In this document: piece after piece, positions 13,165-25,193 of the stretch | Layout of the letters: each line of letters starts with the position of its first letter | How positions within the stretch are numbered: the stretch's first letter is position 1 | Assembly: GCA_963693365.1 (NCBI GenBank) | Contig: CAVNZM010000001.1 | Coordinates: forward strand, 504,097 to 568,096 | Source of the DNA: Amoebidium appalachense | Taxonomy: Eukaryota > Protista > Ichthyosporea | DNA length: 64,000 nucleotides | Direction: 5' to 3' | Made by a program: the position numbers and the translations under genes | The notes under the pieces: model-generated | What the model was told of the DNA's origin: nothing | Databases searched by the model: none | The model's input: only the letters and a program-made list of their open reading frames with translations

Positions 13165-14271
13165 TTACGCCTTTTTGGCATCATTAATTCCTTTCTGGCC
13201 ATACTGGTCAAGAACCTCTTGCTCGCTGCGGTATTGGACACCCATTTCCCACGGGTGCAGACCGTGGCGTATGTGGCCCAGATATCGGCTCTGCACCGGG
13301 TGGAAGGCCCCACCATGCATTTCGGCCCACTGGAAGGGGTAGCCCTTGGCATCCTGGCCCAGCCACGTGGTGCAGCAGCGTGGTGTGGGTGCCGGATGCT
13401 TCTTGAGCTGCTCGTATTTGGAGCTCAGCCGCTCGTTGACAATGCGCAGCCAGTCTGCAGTCATGGCCGTTTTCGGCCGCATGATGTAGGCGCCGTTACA
13501 AGCCAGCCCCTGCCAGACAGCTTTAAGTATCTCACATGTTGTGTTCATACTTGCAGCATAGCCTGGGTCGCAGGCAACGCCCCACTGCCCGAACTCGTGA
13601 ATACCGTACATCCACACGTTGGAGTCTTGCTCGAAGATGTCGAAGCTGCTAGCCCAACTGCCGTTGTTAGGCTTAATGTCGTGGTAGCCTCCGCCGTAAT
13701 GGTGCATAAAGTACACACGCAAATAATCTACCAGGTGGTTTTTGGAGAGGTCGTTCTCAAACACGGCCGGATGCATGGGATCCTCCTTAATGTTGAAACT
13801 CGCCAGATTGTCCTCTGTCAATACCGTCATGTTTACCCCGAGATTCTTCTTGAGCTCATGGAAAGCTTGCAAGCGTGCCCCATGCATGGGTGGGCCGAAC
13901 CATGCCACCCACACGTGACGGGGTACCACTGACGAGTCAACAGCGGGCCTCGGAACATAGACCTCTGGGTTTAACTGCACTGCCATGTCTGCTGGAGTAT
14001 CTGGGTTTAACTGCACTGCCATGTCTGCTGGAGTATCTGGCTTATGCATACCGTGGCTTGCTCGCTGTACAGAAACATTTACCGCTTTATCCTCTGAGCT
14101 GGTGTCCTGAACAGGCTGTTGAGGCCACATGTGGGTGGCATTGGGAGTGTAGCGCCACGTACACCACAGCAATAGCAGTAACACAGCAGCGACTTTTAGC
14201 TCTAGGCTACCCGCGAGCAGGTACCGCCTACCCCACCACGACTCTGGTACACCGCCCATTTTTGTGGCCAT
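13165..14271 (-). CDS. Intronless type II membrane glycosyltransferase, DXD sugar-binding (GT32/capsular polysaccharide synthesis-like), paralog A, ~368 aa
   Basis: First in-frame ATG at 14271, TM segment AAVLLLLLW, then VPRHVWVAWFG and LSKNHLVDYLRVYFMHHYGGGYHDIK. A 36-bp tandem duplication (PDTPADMAVQLN x2) lies in the stem at 13964-14040. Confidence 0.8.
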   Translation of the reverse strand: MATKMGGVPESWWGRRYLLAGSLELKVAAVLLLLLWCTWRYTPNATHMWPQQPVQDTSSEDKAVNVSVQRASHGMHKPDTPADMAVQLNPDTPADMAVQLNPEVYVPRPAVDSSVVPRHVWVAWFGPPMHGARLQAFHELKKNLGVNMTVLTEDNLASFNIKEDPMHPAVFENDLSKNHLVDYLRVYFMHHYGGGYHDIKPNNGSWASSFDIFEQDSNVWMYGIHEFGQWGVACDPGYAASMNTTCEILKAVWQGLACNGAYIMRPKTAMTADWLRIVNERLSSKYEQLKKHPAPTPRCCTTWLGQDAKGYPFQWAEMHGGAFHPVQSRYLGHIRHGLHPWEMGVQYRSEQEVLDQYGQKGINDAKKA

Positions 14272-14425
14272 CGTGCGCAGGAAGCCAGCTAACGCTTGCT
14301 CTGTCAACCAACTTGTGACGAGTCAAACTATCTGATGCGTATGGCCACCGGTCATGACCGGCTTTAGTTAAATACCGCATCCAGGGTTCGAATTTCGGTA
14401 TCGAGTTTTTGTGAGGGGCAACTTT

Positions 14426-14502
<77 letters not shown>

Positions 14503-14964
14503 ACACACATTTACTTTGTATCATATGCATACTCATCATGTGACAACCACGTTACAAGTTATAAAAATTCCTGGAGATATATACATATAATAACATTTCA
14601 CCCAACAAGAGATAGCATAATCGGGATATGTACAATTGAGGTATTTACTAAAAATAGACTAGGGTTTATAGAACGAGATTGGAATGTGGTCAGGATCTCT
14701 TCAGTCCAGGTCATAGTCAAAAGTCATTTAAAGTAAATTAAGTCCGAGGCTTTTTCTCAATAGTAAACAGGTTTTGGGGGCTTAATAAATAATGACATAT
14801 AAAGCGACGCGCAAATATGTTATAAGGACTCTACAATAGACCTCTCCTTCATGGTCAAAACGAGGAAGAAGCACGATCTCATCATAATCCAGGTGTATAC
14901 ACCTGGCGGCCGGCGCCTGTGCAACGATCAAGCCCTAGCGCAACCAGCAACCAACCACCAGTGA

Positions 14965-15031
<67 letters not shown>

Positions 15032-15032
15032 G

Positions 15033-15065
<33 letters not shown>

Positions 15066-15967
15066 TGTGTGTGTGTGTACACATGTATATATAAACATAT
15101 CATATACATACACACAAAAAAAGTTGAAGAAATCCCCTGTTCATTTATGACTCAATTGCAAAGTAGAAAGATCGGCCCGGTAATGTGTCGAGGCTTCATT
15201 TTTTCTGCTGAATCAGACGTGGCCGTGGTTTCGACCAATGAAACCTTAGAGACTAAACTAAGGGACCAATCATATATGGGTGAACCATTAGACAGCGTCA
15301 CGGTCCGGTTACGCACTATTTATTGCTGTGGACTGTCACCATATCACTTTTCAGCTAATATATATATATATAATTCCTCAATAGTTGTATTGAATATTAT
15401 TTGATGTTGTCGTTTTTACCATAAATATGTATATAACTATCTTTGAAATAGCGTATCGTAGCGACCGGCGCGTGGCGGGCCTGGCGGCTGCTGATTGATG
15501 AATGATATCCGCAAAATGATTGGCCTTGCGATTTACGACAACCAATGGTGCCAGTCCTATAACTAAATATACATCACTGATGCCGAACAAATTGCTTGTA
15601 GAGGTAAAAAGAATTCAATGTAACGCAAAATATTAGCTTCCCTACGAAATCAATTTACAAAACACAATATATATATATATATATTATCAAATCTGTGGGA
15701 AGTTCCTACATGCTCATAAATTTCGAAGCCCACCATTTGAAAGCCCTGAGACTGCGAAATGTGCCTATGGCAGGGTGTGAAAATCGTTCTTTCGTAGACT
15801 ACCGACCACGCCTTTGTCACAAAGTTTGGCTGGCAGAGGGGCGCTGAACCAACTGCAAAATTTCAAAGCCTGGAATGCTGCATGGTGTACAGTATATAAA
15901 GTAGGAGCAGGAACAGTGGCGTTGACAACGAGTGCACTTGTTTGAATGGCGCTAAGTTGCCCACACA

Positions 15968-17023
15968 ATGGCGTCCAGCATGAAAATGGGCTCAGGGCAG
16001 GATTCGTGGTGGAGAAGACGAGGGCTCACAGGCAGCACAGAGCAAAAGCTACTTGCTGTGTTACTGCTCCTCCTGTGGTGGCGCTATATGCCGCATAGCA
16101 CCTCCGTGTGCCCTCAGCAGCCCTCCCAGACGGTTAGCTCCGAGGAACTAGCCGTTTCTGTGCAGCCACCAAACAACGTCACGCCAATTCCGTCATCAAA
16201 TACGGAGACGGAGCCTGGGGTCTACGTTCCGAGGCCCGCCGTTGACTCGTCAGTGGTACCCCGTCACGTGTGGGTGGCATGGTTTGGCCCACCCATGCAG
16301 GGACCACGGCTGGAGGGTTTCCATGAGCTCAGGAAGAACCTCGGCGTTAACATGACGGTATTGACAGAGGACAATCTGGCGAGTTTCAACATTAAGGAGG
16401 ATCCCATGCACCCGGCCGTGTTCGAGAACGACCTCTCCAAAAACCACCTGGTAGATTATTTGCGTGTGTACTTTATGCACCATTACGGCGGTGGCTACCA
16501 CGATATTAAGCCCAACAACGGCAGCTGGGCTCGCAGCTTCAACATCTTCGAGCAAGACCCCAACGTGTGGATGTACGGTATTCACGAGTTTGGGCCGTAT
16601 GGTGTGGCCTGCGACCCTGGCTATGCTGCAAGCATGAACACGACATGTGACTTGGTCAAGGCCAGCTGGAAGGGGCTGGCATGCAACGGGGCCTACATCA
16701 TGCGGCCCAAAACTGCCATGACAGCGGCATGGCTGCGCATTGTCAACGAGCGGCTGAGCTCCAAGTACGAGCAGCTCAAGAAGCATCCGGCACCCACACC
16801 GCGCTGCTGCACCACGTGGCTGGGCCAGGACGGCAAGGGCTACCCCTTCCAGTGGGCCGAAATGCATGGTGGGGCCTTCCACCCGGTGCAGAGCCGCTAC
16901 CTCGGCCACATCCGCCATGGGCTACACCCTTGGGAGATGGGTGTCCAGTACCGTGGCGAGCACGAGGTGCGCAACCAGTACGGCTCGAGATGGGCAAAGG
17001 TTGCTGATAAGATCAAACGTTAA
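15968..17023 (+). CDS. Intronless type II membrane glycosyltransferase (GT32/Caps_synth-like), paralog B, 351 aa
   Basis: Same TM and catalytic motifs as paralog A; the catalytic domain is nearly identical in protein and DNA. Confidence 0.8.
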   Translation: MASSMKMGSGQDSWWRRRGLTGSTEQKLLAVLLLLLWWRYMPHSTSVCPQQPSQTVSSEELAVSVQPPNNVTPIPSSNTETEPGVYVPRPAVDSSVVPRHVWVAWFGPPMQGPRLEGFHELRKNLGVNMTVLTEDNLASFNIKEDPMHPAVFENDLSKNHLVDYLRVYFMHHYGGGYHDIKPNNGSWARSFNIFEQDPNVWMYGIHEFGPYGVACDPGYAASMNTTCDLVKASWKGLACNGAYIMRPKTAMTAAWLRIVNERLSSKYEQLKKHPAPTPRCCTTWLGQDGKGYPFQWAEMHGGAFHPVQSRYLGHIRHGLHPWEMGVQYRGEHEVRNQYGSRWAKVADKIKR

Positions 17024-17236
17024 CAAGTCTAGGTCCACACTATCATGCAACTATACCTTGTAACCACGTGGCCGAACTTGAAGGCTTAGCTATATGCTAC
17101 CATACATCCGACACATTGTAATAGGTCAGTAAGGGCCCCCATGAACGTAGTTATTTTCCTGCAAGTGGCAACATTCACATATGTGTGTGTGTGTGTGGTG
17201 ATGGTGGTGGTGGCTGGTTCGGGGGGGAGGGAAGGG

Positions 17237-17273
<37 letters not shown>

Positions 17274-18570
17274 AGCGCCACTTGTGTTGAAAGTGCGCAC
17301 GCGGGGAGAAGGGGAGGGGGGGGGGGGGGGGGGAAGGGCTCAGTTATGGTACCGTGCACAACACAAAATAATGCAGCCTACTTTATTTTTTTTGCTAGTA
17401 TGCTACCTGCAGGTGCCGTAGGTGTTTCTCAGCTTATTCACAAGTTGCATTGCAACACCAGAGGTCGCATTTGTTTGCAGTGTTTTGGTATAATAACATT
17501 GGGCTAGTATAAGCTTGAGGCTCAGTATTCATACAGGAGCTGCGAATGTGAGGCCAGGGACGCTTTTGTAAATGGGGAAGGGGACTTGAAATGAATGTAA
17601 AATATGTCAGGTTAACATTCTTATGTACATGACACGTGACATTTATCATAAAGAATCTCAATAAGAGCATGCTTAGCCAAGTTTTTGTGATAGCATTCGA
17701 CACGGCTGGGTTTTGGCCGGGATGCTCTTGCTGCTGAGACTGTCGGAGATCCCCCCCTGGCCTCTTGTGTACACACACACACACACGTGGTAGCATGAGT
17801 GTGACGCTGGTGTACGGAACATGCTTGATTTGCTGTCTGCCTAAATTTGTGTGAATGCCGTGTTGTCCTGTTTGTCTATCAGCCATTTTTGCAAGACAGT
17901 TTTTCGTCATTACATCAACATCTGTCATTGCACTGTCAGTTGCTAAATCTGTGTTCCTACTTGCTGATGTGTGTGGCTCGACTCTCAACACTTGTGTCTT
18001 CGCTTTTTTTAAAGTGTGGTCAAAACTCTATAAAGAGATGTTCAAATAGATTCTTGATGATATTTGAGTGTGTTTCGGGTTTTGCATGGAGAGCTATAGA
18101 TGGTCTATGATGCTATGTGTATTTCCGGGGCATATGAAGTTCTTTGTGTCTCTTTCCTTTTCCGTGTGCCGAAAGGATCACTCTACTGAGTCATTTACTC
18201 TAGCAGTGTATGGTGGTGAGTTCGCCTATCGTACATGTATGTATTCCTATGTCATGTACGATATATCAAGTACCATGTGACCGTACCAACCGCCCCCCCT
18301 CCCCCCCTAACTGTGTCCTCTTGGAGGAAATACTATGAAACTGTCGTAATGTGAACTCCGCTTCTTCCCCACCCCCCCCCCCCCCCCCCCGGGGGGGGGG
18401 GGGGGGAGGGGGAGGGGTAAGTCACCTATACGTGTGGCATGGAGAAGGGTCCCGGGGGAAGGTATGAGTGTGTGTTGTAGGGTCACATGGCACATGACAT
18501 ATAGTACATGACAAGTTATGTAGTCTGCCCAATCAACTTGGAAAAAAACTCTACATCTTCTATTCGTTTT

Positions 18571-18627
18571 ATCCCAACACCACTCTGTTGGCGGCTTGGT
18601 ACCACCCGGTTAAACAATATTACCCCT

Positions 18628-18661
<34 letters not shown>

Positions 18662-19225
18662 AGCAATGGGTGATACCATATTTCCGGCTGACATCCGGGG
18701 GCATAGCTTTCCGTTCGAAGACGATAAAGTTCCGCCCTAGTAAGCGTATTACTACCCTGCGGCGTGGGTCAAATCTCATATTTTCCCCTCTGATTACGAA
18801 TTCTGTGGCCTTCGGGACTTAATTCTTTTCAGCTGGTGTAGTATGTTAGCCAGGGAAGTATCGACTTAGGTATCGACGGGGGAGCTTCCTAGAGGCCCCG
18901 TCTCCTGAGTTCCTATCTATATTTTTCTTGCTTCTGCTTACTGCTGCAACTTTAACCCCCGGCCTTTCCCACTGCCCTTGCCTGCATAAGCAACCCTGCT
19001 CGTCTCTGATCAAGACGGGTGACCTACTCATGTTCAAGTGAAACAGTATCTGAGTTGGGTTTCGTTAACGAGGGGAATAGGTCGAAACTCGGGTACTGTG
19101 GATGACGTGGGCCCCCCCTGAGGATGGGCTCTGCTTATTATGCATACTCTTTATGTATGGCTTGCATTCTGCATCGTGTTATCCGTTTGTTCTTGTGTAC
19201 TTCGTACTTTTTGACGCATTCAAAA
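18571..19225 (+). mobile_element. Dispersed copy of the structured pLTR-like repeat (subfamily 1), ending gcattcaaa(C)n
   Basis: 18661-19225 is nearly identical to 44282-44845, and its 3' ~250 bp are homologous to the units at 46944-47370 and 48354-48798. Confidence 0.75.
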
Positions 19226-20380
19226 CCCCCCCCCCCCCCCCCCCGGACACCGTAACACACACACACACACACCCCACCGTGACGTGCACCTTACCCTTCT
19301 GGGACATTGCCAGCAGGACTCTTATATGTCGGTGGGTGCCCCTTTCTAGCTATTTGTTTGATGAAGCATCATCATCAAGTTCGTCGTTAGCCTTTTTAAA
19401 AAAAAGGAGTGAACTCCGCCTTCTCAACCCCCCCCCCCCCTCCAATTAAACCCTGCAAGTTTCACAGACCTTGGCTCTTGACACAACTGTAAGCCCCTTA
19501 ATTGCTAATGATGTAACCCTGCCTAGGAAAGGAATCATTTAGCACGGGTATGGCTTGTAGTTGAAAGGAAAACATTTACAACCCAGCGCATAGTTAATCA
19601 CGAGTACGATTAGAGTTTTGCGGATCTGAACTAGGCGATGGTTCCCTGATTGTCATTGTGAATGTAGTACTCAAAGTACTGTAGCACTTACATGTGTAGT
19701 GAGATGATGCCTCGGTTGCTTCCTGAATCATCGCACGTGCATTGTCAATCTTTTGTTTGCTCTGCAGATTTGAATCGTGTTGTCTGTCGTAGGCTGTGTA
19801 ACCTTTAGCTCATTCTCAAACCCTCCTCCGCCCCCCCCCCCCCCCACACACACACACACCACCCACCCACCCACAGGGCCTCCTTTTGACATTCTAATCC
19901 GTTCTCCCCCCCGTTGATCCCTTAGTCTCCCAAAACACCCCCAGAAAAGGAATATAAAAACGGAAAATGATAAAGTTATGATAAGAACAACTATGTTCAA
20001 CATACTATCAAGATGGATTTCATTAATCGGTATACATGTATACGAACAAACATAATTAAACATGAAAACAGCTACAACCCCCCCCCCCCCCCCCCCCCAA
20101 ACACACACACACATCTGAACATTCCCAAAGAGTAGATATGTTCCGCATAGGCATTTTTGGTTTTGAAACGGGGAGGAGGTTTGTAGTTAGCTGGGGGGAG
20201 GGGGTGGGGGGAGGCAGGGTAGGAGGGGAGGAGGGGGAGGTAGGGTGTGGGGGGGAGGGGGGGGCAACCACCACCCAGGAGGTCCCCACCATAAGATGAT
20301 GGCATTCGCACCTTCTCTAGATCGATCAATTGGTATCAAGTATCAAGGTCAGTGACTTGCCTACTGGCTAGGCACATGCA

Positions 20381-20413
<33 letters not shown>

Positions 20414-21396
20414 ACCCGCCCCTCCTCGAAAAACCACGCTGGGCTCGTGGTGGTCCCCCCCCTATGTGGTGGTCACACCTCTAAATCACATACGGAGACC
20501 GCAATTAGTTGTTGCTCACCGACTTTCTCGACCATGTCTACATAAGTGTGCCCACTAATTATAAATCCTCCCCCCCCCCCCCCCCCCCCCTCCCCCGCAC
20601 CCGCCCCTCAGCCACCATTCCATGCCGGCTTTTTACTAAGCTCCCCAAAAGACCTCCCACATCCCCTTTCCCACTGCAACTTTGTGTGAGCATTTCTCCT
20701 TGAAGTTGGCCATATGCCTTGTGCATGCACTCAGGACTCGAGGTCATAGCATCGTGTTAACCACCACTGGCTACACCATGCCCGTTAGAATCAGCATGCC
20801 GCAAACGGCAATGTGCATGTCACACACAGGCATACACTCACACCGTGGTACGCACAGTTACAACCCCCCCCCCCCCCCCCCCCCCCCCGGACACACTCAC
20901 ACAAATATACAAACATGCGCGTGTGCACGCGCGTCCGCATGCACAGCGAGACCGCACATGCTCGCATACACACACGCACACAAAAACACACCCACACAAA
21001 ACACAGACAGACACACACACGCACACACACACATTCTCTCTCTCTCTCTCTCCAAATAGACAAGGAGAAGAAAATCAGAACCGTAACTCGTGCATGCAAG
21101 CGTGCACACATGTACATTCACATACACGGGCTGGCACACATGCTCCTGCTGACATATACACATTCACACACACACTCACTGACGTGTGGAACACTTTCTC
21201 GATCCTTTTGTTCTCTCCTACCCCCCTTGTATCCCCTCCCCCCCCCCCCCCCCCGCTAACCTCTCTGGTGAAAACAATGCTGCATGTATGCATCACCCAC
21301 AACTCGAACATAAGCGCTGGTCGAAACGAAGGGGGAAAGGGGGGGGGAGGTGAGCCTCCGAGAGAGGGGTGCGCAGCCTCTGGGAACCAACAGACT

Positions 21397-21457
<61 letters not shown>

Positions 21458-21459
<2 letters not shown>

Positions 21460-21896
21460 CTGGAATACGTCACTACGTAGGGCAGCAAGAGTCTTGAAGT
21501 ATGTATGTGTCTTAGCTTGGTTTGTATTCGTGTCTGCTCTCCTTCTTTGTGCTCTCCTCTCTCCCCCTTTTTTTTTTCTCTTTTCTTTTCTTTCTCCCCC
21601 CCCCCCTCTTTTAGATTTTGTCCTGGTGCAGAGACTAGCGATCTTGCTAGCCTTGAGATCACAACCTAACCACTGCCGATGGTTGTGATGACGCCAGTAA
21701 AGGCGTGCTGGCTTTTACCCCAGCGAGAAGAGGATGAGAAAAAGATGATCCCGACGGGATTTGAACCCGCGACCCCTCTATCTCCGGTCGAGTGCTCTAC
21801 CAACTGAGCTACGAGATCGGTTAAGATCTCCCAGGCCATCAGCCGATCATGATCTGATTCATGCGATCGGACTGGATAACGATACCATCTTCCAAC

Positions 21897-21936
<40 letters not shown>

Positions 21937-22671
21937 GTATCTCTCTCTCTCCCTTGTTTCTGTGTGCACAGATATCTGTTAGATCTGTGCACACCTGGCT
22001 CTCTTGCCTGATAGAACTTATTGTATTTTATCTGTGTTTGCTCTCCTCTGTTTATCTGAGAAGTAGCGTGATTGGCTAGCTATATTCGTTGTCTTTGTTG
22101 TAGTTCAAAGTAGTTTAGTTTTAGTTCATAATAGGATGACTCACCAATAGACGCGAGTGAGTACATCTATAGATCGTGATGTGCATTCCTGTCTATTAAT
22201 ATACGTGTTATGATTGGACACAATAGATATTTTTGGAATTCGGTTTATCGTAATGTGTCTTCACTTTGAGAGTGTCGACTATTAGGAAATATATGTATTT
22301 GGATGAGAAGGCTTTATAGAGACGAGTATAAATATATATGTGTATTAATAGTGACAAGATGTATAATTACTTAAGTTATTTAAGTAAGAGTTTCTAAGCT
22401 TCAGTTATGTCGGAAGTTGGAATGCGTATGCTCTGTTGGAATGTGTTTTTCTATCATCTGATAGAACCGATTGGTTCTCTTCTTTTAGTTGAGATAAGAT
22501 GATAAGTTGCAAGTACAAAAAGACCCGAGAGCGCAATAAAAGGTCAGTTGTTGTTGTTTGAAATCTTTCAAGTGTCGTGAACAACTCCGATTGCCCTCTC
22601 TTTATTGTGTTGGTCGTGTTTTACATGACACCTCTGTGCACTCTGCTCCCTTAGACCCATACAAAACAACA
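21458..22671 (+). mobile_element. Solo Copia-type LTR (family A) embedded in poly-G
   Basis: The start tggaatacgtcac...cagcaagagtcttgaagtatgtatgtgtc matches the TGTTGGAATACGTCAC LTR start at 63926. It ends ...aaaacaaCA and has G-runs on both sides. Confidence 0.65.
21747..21818 (-). tRNA. tRNA-like gene (GGA at the anticodon position, atypical; pseudo-tRNA or element-borne)
   Basis: GATCTCG-TA-GCTC AGTTGGTA GAGC-A-CTCGA CCGGAGA TAGAG-GGGTC-GCGGG TTCAAAT CCCGT-CGGGATC-A. A and B boxes are intact and a T5 terminator follows. C33, one anticodon-stem mismatch, and no long variable arm (which tRNA-Ser needs). Confidence 0.7.
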
Positions 22672-22814
22672 GGGGGGGGGGGGGGGGAGGCCGGAGGGAG
22701 GGGGGGGGGGGATGATGGAGGGGGGGGGGGGGGGGGGGAGGGGGACCCACCATTCCAACAAAATGGTGGGGACCCACCACCCTGGCGGCCAGCTTGGGGA
22801 AGGGGGGGGGGGGG

Positions 22815-23739
22815 TGTTGTAATACGTAGTATTTACATATGGTAAGATCTTCTCAGTTTGTGTTATGTTTCAGTTCATATGCTTAGTGTAAATGCCACAC
22901 TCCTATTATGTAAAGTGTAGCATCGATCTCCGATATGCTTGTATACTTGTAATCGTGTTGTATCGGCTTTAATCGTGTATTGTAATATCGATTAGAATAT
23001 TTATATGTGTGTACACGGATCCACCCACTCAGGGAGAGACGTGTACATGTTCGTGTGTACATAAATATCTCTGGTTATAGTTATGCTATTACTATCTTGT
23101 TTGTTGATCTGTGCTCTCTTTTCCTTCCTCTTTCTCCTTCCTTATTTTCTTTTCTTTCTCTCCTTGTCTTCATGTGTATAATCGTATTTCTTTTCTACTA
23201 ATATATGTTAGGTAGATTTGTGTTACTTAATACGTGTTCATTGGACGGTAACACACTTAGGCTACACTTAGAATAGCATGTGTGTTTAGACTTCATTAAT
23301 TCACTTTAGTTTTCATGTGTTGCCGGGCTTTAACCAATCATCAAGGTTAAGTGTGATATGTCTGAGTCTTTGCAGTATGTCATAGGTTAGAACTTCCTTG
23401 ATGATGACACGAGTTGATCTTAACTAGTGTCTGTGTCCTATCGTGTACGCCTCCGCGTACCGGATCTCTCTGAAAGCAATTGGTTCTTAGTGATTGGTTT
23501 CTATTAGAGATGGATCTGATTTCCGACTGGTCGGAAATCATGTATGGATTGGACTTAGAGGAATTTCAGGTATTTATTCGAAGATCAGAATAAATTCAGT
23601 GCAGTCGTGTCTAAACATTGATGTCTGTTGTGTACACTGCTCCGATCGTTCCGTGTTTTGTTGTTGTGTGTGTCTGTGGTGTTTTCACACTGCACCACTG
23701 TGTCTCTGCTTACATCCTAAATACTTATACAATTTAACA
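22815..23739 (+). mobile_element. Solo Copia-type LTR (family B) embedded in poly-G
   Basis: TGTTGTAATACG...TTTAACA termini with G-runs on both sides. It shares the gtgtacac hairpin and the 3' ctgtg..ctctgct motif with the other LTRs. Confidence 0.6.
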
Positions 23740-24145
23740 GGGGGGGGGGGGAGGGGAGGGGGAGGGTGGGTGGGTGGGGGGAGTGGGGACCCACAACCCC
23801 ACCAATTGGAAAGAAAGGGCCGGACCGGCCCTCCCCCCCCCCCCCCCCCCCCCCCCCCAACTATTCTCAAGTCCAAATAGCCGTAGCCAATAATAAAGTG
23901 TGACCAACCGGTGCCGAGTTAGTTACCAAATGCAAATGCTCCCGATCACGTGCCATAAATGGTATGGCTGTTCGTCTTCAATCACTCCAAGCTTAGGCGA
24001 GAGAGTTTAAAAGCATTTAGTTAACAGAGGCGCTGGAACAGTTTGTTAAAATCAAAATCTGCTTCAAATGCTAGAAAGGTGTGTCACAGACTCACACAAT
24101 TGTCTCACCATTTTCCTGTTTCAACAGTACAACCCGCCAGCTTTT

Positions 24146-24186
<41 letters not shown>

Positions 24187-24664
24187 AATCACTACTGCCC
24201 CTACAGTGGCCACCACCAGTGCTTGATAGGATAGTTTCAAAAGTGTATATTTTTAAAAAAAAGCGCCAGAACAAAGTTTCACATCAGATGAAAGTGTTGA
24301 TTGTAAGAAAAATGCATAAAGGTGTTTCTTGGAAAAGGTAATGTAATACTTTTATCTGGCGCTCCAGTTTTGACTGTCCGGGTTTGATACAATAACGGAA
24401 AATCATTTCGAGATCTGACTTTATTACATCCGTTCATGATCACCCTACTCGTCGGAAGCAAAACAAACATGTATCATATGCATGGATACACATGCCCAAT
24501 AGAAATAAGCGTTCATTATTCATGGTGATTTTAACTTTGTTGAAACTAATACTTTGGGGGTACATCAGGCGGAGCGGTTTGCACATGATGGACAAGTCGA
24601 CCTGAAGGGCCACTCAGGGGGAGGGAGGGAGGGAGGGGGGGGGGGGGGGGGGGGGGGGGGGTGC

Positions 24665-24695
<31 letters not shown>

Positions 24696-24990
24696 GGGGG
24701 GGGGGGGGGGGGGGGATGTTCTGTTTATCATGCGACATGTATGTGAGTCGGCTACGCGGTTTGCTCGAGGCACCGGAGACCAGTCTCAGGCAGGGGGGTT
24801 TGCTTGGTATATCCCCTCAGTGTTTTATCATGATTGATACATAGAACAGTGGTTTTTGTTATATATCCGGATTTTTTTTTTCTATGTAGCTCCATAGTCC
24901 CAGAACGAAAACTTGGTTGAGTCCTCCCCCCCCCCCCCCCCCCCCCCTTTTTTTTTTTTACGAGCACCCCTGGGACACTCGGTATCGGCT

Positions 24991-25038
<48 letters not shown>

Positions 25039-25117
25039 TGTGTTGTGCGTGTCGTGTGTGCGTGTGTGTGTGTGTGTGTGTGTTTGTGTGTGTGTGGTGT
25101 ATGTGTGTGTGTGTGTG

Positions 25118-25193
<76 letters not shown>

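Noticed and set aside
13138-16918. Long antisense ORFs 13138-13932 (+) and 16250-16918 (-)
   Set aside because: Shadow frames of the GC3-rich glycosyltransferase genes.
19118-19124. CTGAGGA as a hammerhead core in the pLTR-like unit
   Set aside because: Not conserved (CTGAGCA and GTGAGGA in other copies), and no stem II leading to GAAA.
19488-20340. Possible LTR (TGTAAG...ATCA) with PBS-like ATTGGTATCAAG
   Set aside because: No second LTR, coding region or TSD; the interior looks like mixed low-complexity sequence.
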